This document shows positions 55,957 through 64,000 of a stretch of DNA of 64,000 bases, one piece after another. The notes below the pieces were generated by a model that did not search any database, was not told where the DNA came from, and saw nothing but the letters and a program-made list of their open reading frames with translations. Made by a program: the position numbers and the translations under genes. Origin of the DNA: Bacteroidota bacterium (GTDB taxonomy: Bacteria; Bacteroidota; Bacteroidia; JABEUT01); assembly GCA_013289475.1 (NCBI GenBank), contig JABCZW010000006.1:1050-65049 (forward strand), written 5' to 3'. The first letter of the stretch is position 1, and the number at the start of each line of letters is the position of its first letter.

Positions 55957-57185
55957 TTATTCAGGCTGTATATCAGTAACCCGCTTTCAAGCTTAGGCTC
56001 GATCCAGGTTGATTTTGGCGGCATTTCTTTACCTATATCGGCAACGGCTTTTAATTCTTCAAACGAGATAGGATAGAGGCAGAAAGCAGCTTTCATTTTA
56101 CCGCTATCTACATTATTATGTATGTCTTCAATATCCTTTACTCCGGGAATGAAAGCTATTCTCTTATCGTTACGCAGGTCGGTAATGTTCAGTATGGGTG
56201 CAAGTATAAAGTTCGACAGCATACTTACATCAAGGCTGTTAACCGGGTCGGCACCTTCGTTAAGGCCGTCTTTTATGTGGAGCATATACCATTGCTTGTC
56301 TATATAAAGGCTTATTTCCCTGGCTGAAGTAGGCTTGCAAACTTTATCTCCAAAGGATATAACGTCAAATGATTTTTCAAGCTCATTAAAAAATGACCCT
56401 TTACTATGGCCATTCAGGCTGCTAACCATACGGTCGAAGTTGAAAATGGTAAGCTCGGTATCGGCGAAAATAGCGGACATGAAGAAGTTGTAGGGCTCTT
56501 TGCCTGTATGTGCCGGGTTACTTTGTTTGTTTGATGCTGCCAGCAAAGCCGATGAAGCCGCTCTATGATGCCCATCGGCGATATAGAGGTTAGGCATTGA
56601 GCTATATAGTTCCGATATTTTTTTCAGTTCAGCAGATTCTGATACTTTCCATACTGAGTGCTGTATATTATCGGAGGTGAAGTCGTAAAGAGGCTTGCCT
56701 TTTGTTTTTGAGTATAGAAGTTCGTGCAGATGTTTATTGTAAGGATGGGTAAGACAAACGGGCTCTGCATTAAAATCGCAGATGGTTAAATATTCTTTCA
56801 GTTTTTTTTCACGTTCGGCAAGGGTTTGTTCGTGAATTTTTATGATGCCTTTGTTGTATTCATCTACTGAAGCCAGCGCTATTATACCAATGTGCGAACT
56901 CTTTTCTTTTACCTGCCTGTAAACGTAATAACATGGCTCGGTATCTTGTTCAAAAATATTCTTGCTCCGGAATTCTTCGAACTTGTTTTTAATAGCGTGC
57001 AGTTGGTCGGTATAATTTTCTTTTTGCGCACGTGCCGAATAAATTACCTGTAAGAACGAAACAGGATTTGTTGCTAAAATATTTTGAATAGTTGCTATTG
57101 AATACCTCTCTACTGCATGAGATGCTACTTTATCCACTTTATCGGTGGCGGGCCTGATGGCGCAAAAAGGTTTTATTGTCGACAT
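55953..57185 (-). CDS. DUF1015 domain-containing protein
   Basis: MSTIKPFCAIRPATDKV start and ADGHHRAASS motif typical of DUF1015. Start moved to ATG 57185 to remove the overlap with lepB. Confidence 0.7.
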   Translation of the reverse strand: MSTIKPFCAIRPATDKVDKVASHAVERYSIATIQNILATNPVSFLQVIYSARAQKENYTDQLHAIKNKFEEFRSKNIFEQDTEPCYYVYRQVKEKSSHIGIIALASVDEYNKGIIKIHEQTLAEREKKLKEYLTICDFNAEPVCLTHPYNKHLHELLYSKTKGKPLYDFTSDNIQHSVWKVSESAELKKISELYSSMPNLYIADGHHRAASSALLAASNKQSNPAHTGKEPYNFFMSAIFADTELTIFNFDRMVSSLNGHSKGSFFNELEKSFDVISFGDKVCKPTSAREISLYIDKQWYMLHIKDGLNEGADPVNSLDVSMLSNFILAPILNITDLRNDKRIAFIPGVKDIEDIHNNVDSGKMKAAFCLYPISFEELKAVADIGKEMPPKSTWIEPKLESGLLIYSLNN

Positions 57186-57207
57186 AAACAGTACAAAGGT
57201 ACGTTGA

Positions 57208-58188
57208 TTATTGTATTGATTTAAAGAAGCGTTTGCCGTTCCATCTTTGAAAGAATGATTTTTCCCGGGGGAGGGGAGCAACAGAGCAGAAAACAAATGA
57301 AGCCTTGCCTATAATGTGATCTTCGGGTACAAAGCCCCAACGGCGTGAATCGATAGAGTTATCGCGGTTATCGCCCATCATAAAATAGTAATCCATTTTA
57401 AAGGTGTAGTGGGTGGTATAGGTTCCGTCAATAAAAATAGAATCATGTTTAGTTTCCAGTTTATGATGCTCGTAAAACTTTATTATCTTATCATAGATAG
57501 AAAGGCTATCGGTGCTCAGATGAACTGTTGTGCCTTTTTTAGGCACAACAATGGGGCCGTAATTATCATCATTCCATCTATAGTTTGAGCCTGTAGGGAA
57601 CATATTAGTGGGCGAGTCGATAGTTATAGAAGGGTTAACAGATGTTACACCGGGTATTTTCCTTACAGAATCAGCTTCAGCTTTGCTTAGCATAAAAATA
57701 TATTCCTTGGTGCTGGTGCCAACTTCTGTTTCGGTAATGTGCATGGCGCGGTTAACATATTTCTCGAGCGTATCGGTAGTGGCTTTAATGGTATAAGAAT
57801 AGTGAAAATCGGGGTAATCTTCCAGCGCTTTTTTACCGATAAATACATCCCTGTCAAATATCTTCACAGTATCTCCCGGTAAGCCGATGCAGCGCTTCAT
57901 ATAATTCCTCTTTTTATTTACCGGCAGGTCAAATTCAAGGGGATAGTTAAATACTACAACATCGTTACGCTTAATATGCGAATAACCCGGCAGCCTGAAA
58001 TAATTCATAAAGCGCGGACCATAAGCCAATTTATTTACCCATACAAAATCGCCCGGATCTACCGTTCCCCCCATGGAAGCCGAATCAGTATAGGAAAATG
58101 AACCCACAAAATTGATGAGTATAAGAACAATAACGAATGTCCATAAAATGACTGAAAAGAGTTCGCGTATAAGAGATTTTTGCTTCAA
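57208..58188 (-). CDS. lepB: Signal peptidase I
   Basis: N-terminal TM, SMGGTV (catalytic Ser region), KRCIGLPGD, and GDNRDNSIDSRRWGFVPEDHIIGKA. Confidence 0.9.
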   Translation of the reverse strand: MKQKSLIRELFSVILWTFVIVLILINFVGSFSYTDSASMGGTVDPGDFVWVNKLAYGPRFMNYFRLPGYSHIKRNDVVVFNYPLEFDLPVNKKRNYMKRCIGLPGDTVKIFDRDVFIGKKALEDYPDFHYSYTIKATTDTLEKYVNRAMHITETEVGTSTKEYIFMLSKAEADSVRKIPGVTSVNPSITIDSPTNMFPTGSNYRWNDDNYGPIVVPKKGTTVHLSTDSLSIYDKIIKFYEHHKLETKHDSIFIDGTYTTHYTFKMDYYFMMGDNRDNSIDSRRWGFVPEDHIIGKASFVFCSVAPLPREKSFFQRWNGKRFFKSIQ

Positions 58189-58207
58189 GCTGTTTATCTG
58201 TTATAGT

Positions 58208-58999
58208 TTATAAACGTAAACCTAACTTGAACGAAAGCGAGTTGAGGGTAAACTGAACACTGTTGGAACCATTATTATTTCCTGCATACAGATAGGGCGA
58301 AAATCCGTACTTGTATTCAATTTCGAAGAACCAGGCATTGCCGTTACTAAGCCTGTTGTGCTGGTAACCCAGACCGACCTCCATTGCACTACTGCCCGTA
58401 GGGCCAAAGAGCTGGAATAGCGTAGTGATGTCACCTTGTCCTTCCCAGACAAACTTGCCGTTGTTACTGTTTGTAATAAGCGAGTTGTCGTAAAACATGT
58501 AACGATAAATCCAGCCAATGGTGGCGTAAAAGGTTTTTACTTTCCTGGCTTCAGGGTTAAAATTTATTTTGTACTGAATAGGTATATGAAGCTCATCCAT
58601 CTCAATGGCGTGGTTATAGATTTCATTACCATCGTATAAGAAGGAGTAACCGGGAGCGAAGTAGTAGGAATAGAAATTGAAATTGTGATTCATGTATTCT
58701 CCGCCTATTAGGATGTTTCCGTTTTGCAATACGGGTATGCTTAGCTTAAGCCCAATGGTATATGAGCCGTTAGCTGTAGTTCCTGTGGTATAGTGAGGGT
58801 CGGTATTATAAAACTGCGATACAAGGCCCATATCGAAAAGTACTTTTACTGTTCGGCCATGTTTTGGCGCCGAAGGCTGCACCTGGTTAAAAGGATTAAA
58901 GTGGAATAAATAGCGCGATTCCTTAGAAGACTGGGCATTCATATCGCATGCAATAAATATGAGCATTGCTGCCAATAATATGCGATATGTTTTTGCCAT
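58208..58999 (-). CDS. Outer-membrane beta-barrel (porin-family) protein
   Basis: Signal peptide ...CDMNAQS, alternating aromatic beta-strand pattern, C-terminal SFKLGLRL. Confidence 0.55.
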   Translation of the reverse strand: MAKTYRILLAAMLIFIACDMNAQSSKESRYLFHFNPFNQVQPSAPKHGRTVKVLFDMGLVSQFYNTDPHYTTGTTANGSYTIGLKLSIPVLQNGNILIGGEYMNHNFNFYSYYFAPGYSFLYDGNEIYNHAIEMDELHIPIQYKINFNPEARKVKTFYATIGWIYRYMFYDNSLITNSNNGKFVWEGQGDITTLFQLFGPTGSSAMEVGLGYQHNRLSNGNAWFFEIEYKYGFSPYLYAGNNNGSNSVQFTLNSLSFKLGLRL

Positions 59000-59034
59000 A
59001 AAAGCTTAAGGTTGCCTTTTATAATTGGGCAAAT

Positions 59035-60774
59035 TTACTCTTTTAGCCCTCTTAAATTACTATGCTTAACGCCATAACTGAAATATATGGCTAAGCCAAT
59101 AAGCAGCCATATAGCAAACCATGCCCAGTTAACTACCGCCAGCTGAGTCATTAAGTAGAAGCAGGAGAGCACGCCCAATACCGGTATCAGCGATAGTTTA
59201 CGCAGTATGGAGAAGACCAGCATGATTGAGCATATTACTAAGAAAACGAAGTAAGGTATGCGTTCAATAAAGGCATCGGAAATACTTATTTTTTCCTCTT
59301 TTGCTATGGTGTCAAGGTTAAAGAAGCTTGATAATGTACCCGGCAGCTCATACTGGAATATGGCTATGATGGCAATAAATAATAAAGGCAACAGGAACCT
59401 GCTACTTATATAAGGCACCTTGAATTTAGGCTGAGGCCCGTCCTTGCTTTTCGAAAGCATAAGTATACCACCGCAAACCAAAATAAAGGCAAACAATGTG
59501 CCAATGCTGGTAAGGTCAGTTACAAAATCCGAATCCATGATAAGGGCAGGAATACCAACCAGGAAGCCGGTAACTATGGTTGCAAACGAAGGTGTTTTAA
59601 ATCTTGGGTGTACGCGTTTAAAGGCAGGTGGTAAAAGCCCGTCGCGGCTCATGCTCATCCATATACGTGGCTGGCCCAACTGGAACACCAACATAACGCT
59701 GGTAGTTGCCACCACGGCGCTCAGTGCTATAATGCCACCAAACCAGTGCATGCCTATTGAGTTGAATGCATTAGCAAGAAAAGCTTCGGTATTGAGGTTG
59801 GTGTATTTGGTAATACCTGTTAGCACAAGGGCGAGGGTAATATATAATACCGTACATGCAATGAGCGAATACATCATTCCTTTAGGAAGATCCCGCTGGG
59901 GATTTTTACATTCCTCGGCGGTGGTAGATATAGCGTCGAAACCAATATAGGCAAAGAACACGGCAGATACCCCTTTCATTACTCCACCCATACCGTTAGG
60001 CAGAAAAGGAACCCAGTTACCTTTATCTATATGGAAGCATCCTATGGCTATTACGGCTAACACTACCAATAATTTAAAAGCGACCATTAAGTTACTGCCC
60101 GTGCGCGATTCTTTAATACCAACATACGCCAACCATGTAATAAGGAAGGTAATGAGCAGGGCCGGGAAGTTTAATATAATAGGTATGTTGCCGATGTGCG
60201 GGGCGTTCATCCACAGGTTATGTGAAGCGGTAAGCTCAGGAGTAATGGTCGCTTTCTGTGCTACAAGGTCTAAAAATCGGTTGTTGGCACTTCTTACTTC
60301 AAAAAAGCTGGTGCTTAAATAATCGGGAATGGTGACGCCTATATTACTTAAAAAAGTTTTCAGGTTCGATGACCAGGAAATGGCCACCACCACGTTACCA
60401 ATGGCATATTCCATAATAAGGGCCCAGCCGATAATCCATGCGGTTAATTCGCCAAAGGCTACATAAGAATAGGTATAAGCGCTGCCCGATATAGGAACAC
60501 GTGAGGCAAATTCGGCATAGCAAAGGGCAGAAAAAGCGCAGACAATAGGGGTAATGATAAAGAGGAATATTACACCCGGGCCGCCATCGAAACAGGCTTT
60601 ACCCACTGTGGAAAATATACCCGCACCCACAATAGCAGCAATACCAAGGGCGGTAAGGTCGCGGACGGTAAGTATTTTGTTCATTCCACCACCGGCATGT
60701 GCATCTTCCTCCAATCGGTCGAGGATATGCTGGTGCGATTTTTTTTGAAAAAGGTGTTTGCGTTTAATTGCCAT
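59035..60774 (-). CDS. APC-superfamily amino acid permease (cationic amino acid transporter-like, 14 TM)
   Basis: GAGIFSTVG, the consensus amphipathic region, and a long C-terminal two-helix extension. Confidence 0.8.
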   Translation of the reverse strand: MAIKRKHLFQKKSHQHILDRLEEDAHAGGGMNKILTVRDLTALGIAAIVGAGIFSTVGKACFDGGPGVIFLFIITPIVCAFSALCYAEFASRVPISGSAYTYSYVAFGELTAWIIGWALIMEYAIGNVVVAISWSSNLKTFLSNIGVTIPDYLSTSFFEVRSANNRFLDLVAQKATITPELTASHNLWMNAPHIGNIPIILNFPALLITFLITWLAYVGIKESRTGSNLMVAFKLLVVLAVIAIGCFHIDKGNWVPFLPNGMGGVMKGVSAVFFAYIGFDAISTTAEECKNPQRDLPKGMMYSLIACTVLYITLALVLTGITKYTNLNTEAFLANAFNSIGMHWFGGIIALSAVVATTSVMLVFQLGQPRIWMSMSRDGLLPPAFKRVHPRFKTPSFATIVTGFLVGIPALIMDSDFVTDLTSIGTLFAFILVCGGILMLSKSKDGPQPKFKVPYISSRFLLPLLFIAIIAIFQYELPGTLSSFFNLDTIAKEEKISISDAFIERIPYFVFLVICSIMLVFSILRKLSLIPVLGVLSCFYLMTQLAVVNWAWFAIWLLIGLAIYFSYGVKHSNLRGLKE

Positions 60775-60785
60775 GCAACGAGTTT

Positions 60786-62378
60786 TTATTTTTTCAGGGT
60801 ACGTTTAAACTTGTCTTTGTCATAAATGAGCAGCAGCAAAATAAGCATAAAAGGTATTACTACCGACTTATAACGTTCAATACCACCATATAAGGGGGTC
60901 GAAATGCCAATAAGCACAAGCATTAGCAGGCAATAACTGAGGCAAAAAGCTACCATATTACGGTTAGGGTTATTGCGCCGCATAAAGGCAAAAGCAAAAA
61001 AGCCAAGCAACAGAAAAATCACATTTTCTGCAAACACTATAATGGTTGCCGATGAATGCAGTTCGTGCGGGTATGGCCTGAAGAGCGTATTGGTAAGTGC
61101 AGTGGGTATATAAGCAATAAGGCCACTGAAGGTAGGTTTCAGCAAAGGGACATCTATACGACTCTTAGCCGTTTCTATATATGTGTCGAGGCGATAAACG
61201 GTGCTGTCGTTGGCAATAAGGTGTAGCGTGTCCTCTGTACGGTGGCGTATCAGGTCGAAGGGCTGGCCTGCTTTTAACCAATAGGGAGCAATTTTTTTTG
61301 CCTGTTCTTCTTTATAGCAAAATGCTGCAGAGCATAAATACTGTATGCCATGTTTATGCAATAAGCTATCGGCATAAGGGTTGGCAGGCAGAATATTTAC
61401 TGAATCTTCAACAGGTATATACGCGTATTGGGTTTCATCGCTGGCTACAGCAAGGTAAATGCCACCCTTTGCCAGGCGCATGAACTCCTGTTGCTTGTCA
61501 GATAATGTTGCAATGGGGTTAACACTCGGGTAGACCTTATTTATATTCAGCCCGATTAGCAAGTACAGTGAAGTAACAATAATATACGTAAGCCATGTAA
61601 ACCTGTTTGCAATTTTTAATTTGCTAACTAAAAACTCTGCAATAAAGCAGGGCAATATGCAGAGAAAGATATATGCTTTGCTTTCGAATATTAGAACAAA
61701 AGCAAATAGAACCAATAATAGATTAGCCAAGTTGTTACCATTATTAGCCAGTAATTTTTTGAAGTAGTAAATAGATAATCCCAGTCCCAGGAAAACAAAT
61801 ACCTCTTTTAAATCGCCGGAAGACCACATTAATACTGATGGGAATAAAAACACTGCTGCAAAAAGTAGTTTGGGTGTATCTGGCAAAAAGGGGTAGAAGG
61901 TCTTATATAAATAACAGAGGCCGCAGAGGGCAATAAAACACATTGCAATTATATATACAGTGTAATGCCCGCCCGAGAAGAACATTAACAAGGCATTGAA
62001 CCTGATGATGAAATGGCTGTTGTTATACAAAGTGCTGTCGTGGCCGTTTATCCAGCTTTTCATGGAGTGGTAATAGCCCTGTATTTCGGGGCTTGAATCT
62101 CCAATGCCGGTAAACATTTTTAAGAAATTGCCAAAGCCGGTATGTATCGTCTGGAACATAAGCTTACCATCGTCGTAGTATTTAAAAATATCTGACGTGT
62201 CCCTGTTCTTATAGTGATAGGTATATATATACCACAGCGCAATGCCAAATAATAACTTTAAGTAAAACGCAAAAAGGGTATAGCGATTACTTAAACCGGG
62301 GAGCTTAAATAAATTGGCTTTTAAAACAATAAATGAAAACAGTAAAAGGTAAAAAGTACAAAAGACGTAATCGCCCAT
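60786..62378 (-). CDS. Hypothetical polytopic membrane protein
   Basis: 530 aa: about 9 TM helices, a soluble insert of about 130 aa, then about 3 TM helices. No family recognised. Confidence 0.5.
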   Translation of the reverse strand: MGDYVFCTFYLLLFSFIVLKANLFKLPGLSNRYTLFAFYLKLLFGIALWYIYTYHYKNRDTSDIFKYYDDGKLMFQTIHTGFGNFLKMFTGIGDSSPEIQGYYHSMKSWINGHDSTLYNNSHFIIRFNALLMFFSGGHYTVYIIAMCFIALCGLCYLYKTFYPFLPDTPKLLFAAVFLFPSVLMWSSGDLKEVFVFLGLGLSIYYFKKLLANNGNNLANLLLVLFAFVLIFESKAYIFLCILPCFIAEFLVSKLKIANRFTWLTYIIVTSLYLLIGLNINKVYPSVNPIATLSDKQQEFMRLAKGGIYLAVASDETQYAYIPVEDSVNILPANPYADSLLHKHGIQYLCSAAFCYKEEQAKKIAPYWLKAGQPFDLIRHRTEDTLHLIANDSTVYRLDTYIETAKSRIDVPLLKPTFSGLIAYIPTALTNTLFRPYPHELHSSATIIVFAENVIFLLLGFFAFAFMRRNNPNRNMVAFCLSYCLLMLVLIGISTPLYGGIERYKSVVIPFMLILLLLIYDKDKFKRTLKK

Positions 62379-62547
62379 TTGCTAAATGTCATTTTGCTCA
62401 AAAATAGGCATTTTGGGGTACTAATACCCATAGATATAATACCATTTGTACTGCCGTAAATAAACGTTTAAAAAAATATAAGTCAATGCTGAAAGGGGAT
62501 TCGCGGATTGTTAATAAATTAGATGGGGGTTTCAATAACCTATATAA

Positions 62548-62555
62548 TATTTTTG
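62548..62555 (+). promoter_or_regulatory. Candidate -7 box (TATTTTTG) for the two-gene small-protein operon
   Basis: TAnnTTTG 20 nt upstream of ATG 62576. Confidence 0.4.
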
Positions 62556-62575
62556 TGCCATTAAACTATAATAAT

Positions 62576-62770
62576 ATGCCAACAACAAAGGTATTCTACG
62601 ATGAAAGTAGTGAGATGAAGTGTTATCAGAATGATAAAGGTGATTTGTATATAGGAATCTTTGATAAAGAGGATGAAATGTATTTTGGAACAATTGTACT
62701 CAAACGTCAGGATGTTAAAGAACTAATCGCTGAGTTGCAACAAATAGAACCATTTATCAATGAAGAATAA
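62576..62770 (+). CDS. Hypothetical 64-aa acidic protein
   Basis: MPTTKVFYDESSEMKCYQNDKGDLYIGIFDKEDEMYFGTIVLKRQDVKELIAELQQIEPFINEE. ATG 62576 is preferred over 62486 because of the promoter box. Confidence 0.45.
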   Translation: MPTTKVFYDESSEMKCYQNDKGDLYIGIFDKEDEMYFGTIVLKRQDVKELIAELQQIEPFINEE

Positions 62771-63032
62771 TACAGAACCTGTTTCAGGAATTATATTCAA
62801 TGTTGATATGAGTATTCCACCTGAAAGGGTGGTTATGGATTGTCCTTATTGTAAAGGCCTTGGTGAGATAACCGAGGAGGACTATGAGATACCTTGCGCT
62901 GAGACCTGCCCTGACTGTGAAGGAACTGGATTAATACGTGTCAGGGATTTTGCGGAAAAACGTGACTTGTCTCTTGAACTTGCGCATGAAATACTGCTTT
63001 TGGATCATAAAATGCGATTCAAAAATCGCTAG
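62760..63032 (+). CDS. Hypothetical 90-aa protein with DnaJ-type zinc-finger pair (CxxCxGxG x2)
   Basis: CPYCKGLGEI...CPDCEGTGLI. The start overlaps the upstream gene by 11 nt. Confidence 0.5.
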   Translation: MKNNTEPVSGIIFNVDMSIPPERVVMDCPYCKGLGEITEEDYEIPCAETCPDCEGTGLIRVRDFAEKRDLSLELAHEILLLDHKMRFKNR

Positions 63033-63152
63033 GTTAACCTAATGTGACAACAAAATGTTATATGTTTATAATATTTCGTGGTTGTTCAAAACTATTTCAC
63101 TTTTTTGAGATAGTTAATAAACAAAATGTTTAATTTAGCGTTAGCTAAGTTG

Positions 63153-63187
63153 AAGTTATGAATTATGAGTTATAAGTTATGAGTGGG
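63153..63187. repeat. Heptanucleotide-word tract (AAGTTAT GAATTAT GAGTTAT AAGTTAT GAGTGGG), followed by AATGGGA
   Basis: Read directly. Confidence 0.8.
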
Positions 63188-63365
63188 AATGGGAAGAGAT
63201 GCATTAGCAATGAGTGCGACACGAAAAAAGGGAAGATTATTAAAATCGGTGTTTCGAAATGATTTTGAAAATCAGTATGTTACAAAATGAGGATAAAATA
63301 AACAGGCCAAAAAACAGCATAAAAATGGGCTTTACTAATTGAAAATCAGTAAGAAGACAGGAAAA

Positions 63366-63410
63366 ACAAAGTGGATTTACGACATTTTACGACAGTTTAC
63401 GCCACTTTGT
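63366..63410. repeat. 9-bp perfect inverted repeat (ACAAAGTGG/CCACTTTGT) enclosing three TTTACG(A/C)CA direct repeats at exact 10-bp spacing
   Basis: Direct repeats start at 63376, 63386 and 63396. The inverted-repeat arms are 63366-63374 and 63402-63410. Confidence 0.85.
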
Positions 63411-63411
63411 G

Positions 63412-63446
63412 GCAATTAGGAATTAGCAATTAATAATTAGGAATGG
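63412..63446. repeat. Heptanucleotide-word tract (GCAATTA GGAATTA GCAATTA ATAATTA GGAATGG)
   Basis: Read directly. It ends in GGAATGGGAA like the 63153 tract. Confidence 0.8.
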
Positions 63447-63622
63447 GAAAAGGAGCAAGTGACGCTTCTCCCGCTTGGGAGAAGAAGGATGAGGGCAAAA
63501 CTGAGATTGTTCACTGATTCTAATTATTCATTAAAGAGTTCACGAGCCCTTCGGGGTTGCCACGTGCCTCGCAGTGACGGGCGCTGTTGATAAAATAACT
63601 AGACCAATTAAGAGGCGATACA

Positions 63623-63630
63623 TATCTTTG
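63623..63630 (+). promoter_or_regulatory. Candidate -7 box (TATCTTTG) for purL
   Basis: TAnnTTTG 20 nt upstream of ATG 63650. Confidence 0.5.
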
Positions 63631-63649
63631 CCAGTAGAATAATAACACT

Positions 63650-64000
63650 ATGGAAGTAATAGAGAAAACACCAAAAGTAACAGTGGAAATAGCACAGCAG
63701 TTGGGGCTGTCGGTAGAGGAATTTGACAAGATAAAAGCCGTATTGGGCAGAACGCCGAATTATACCGAGCTGAGCATATTTTCGGTAATGTGGAGCGAGC
63801 ATTGTTCGTATAAGAATTCGATATTTTATATAAAGACCCTTCCGCGCGAGGGCAAGCATTTGCTGGCCAAGGCGGGTGAGGAGAACGCCGGGCTGGTAGA
63901 TATTGGCGAGGGATATGGATGCGCCTTTAAAATAGAGTCGCATAACCACCCATCGGCAGTGGAGCCATACCAGGGTGCAGCAACAGGCGTAGGCGGCATA
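63650..64000 (+). CDS. purL: Phosphoribosylformylglycinamidine synthase subunit PurL (5' part, continues past window; not in ORF track)
   Basis: Hand translation gives [57 protein letters not shown]...[40 protein letters not shown], the canonical PurL N-terminus. Confidence 0.9.
   Translation, partial: MEVIEKTPKVTVEIAQQLGLSVEEFDKIKAVLGRTPNYTELSIFSVMWSEHCSYKNSIFYIKTLPREGKHLLAKAGEENAGLVDIGEGYGCAFKIESHNHPSAVEPYQGAATGVGGI

Noticed and set aside
57186-57296. 5' extension of the DUF1015 ORF overlapping the end of lepB
   Set aside because: DUF1015 proteins begin with M..IKPF..IRP, which matches ATG 57185. The extension would overlap lepB by 89 nt.
63541-63600. Possible purine/ZTP-type riboswitch in front of purL
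   Set aside because: The GC-rich block lies upstream of the predicted -7 box rather than in the leader. It also lacks the conserved ZTP (GGGUCGUGACUGGCG...CCGCCUGGGC) and purine-riboswitch core sequences.
63520-63949. Minus-strand ORFs 63520-63729 and 63608-63949
   Set aside because: They are antisense to the unmistakable PurL N-terminus, which the track omitted because it is open-ended.

Overview
This is a 64-kb chromosomal segment of a Bacteroidota genome, probably Chitinophagaceae/Sphingobacteriia-like. Support for that placement: T9SS type A and type B C-terminal sorting domains, TAnnTTTG -7 boxes about 20 nt upstream of start codons, no Shine-Dalgarno sequences, BshA, a GloVer-repeat protein and DUF6089/DUF1015/DUF4249 families. 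Most of the window is housekeeping: gltA, eno, ftsK, gltX, rbfA, folP, folB, cdaA, pyrE, lepB, the purL 5' end and two tRNA-Leu genes. Interspersed are three T9SS cargo proteins, a SAM-I-riboswitch methionine operon (fused metX-hom, OsmC-like, metZ-like) and a TPP-riboswitch-controlled TonB-dependent receptor. I found no transposase, integrase, CRISPR array, prophage or recognisable defence genes, so I cannot point to a classical novel island. The most unusual locus is 1126-4094. It has three tandem single-domain receiver proteins followed by a soluble histidine kinase whose whole N-terminus (270 aa) is a 63-bp/21-aa (three-heptad) tandem array running directly into the phospho-His helix, with no recognisable sensor domain. 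The second signal is non-coding: a family of about 35-nt intergenic tracts made of five degenerate heptanucleotide words, seen at six or more sites. These accompany a repeat-dense, ORF-free 590-bp region upstream of purL that holds three TTTACGNCA sites at exact 10-bp phasing inside a 9-bp inverted repeat. Three coding regions missing from the ORF track were recovered by eye: a 52-aa FeoB-associated Cys-rich-type peptide, a 56-aa helical peptide and the open-ended purL 5' end. All family assignments come from motif recognition by eye. No searches were run.
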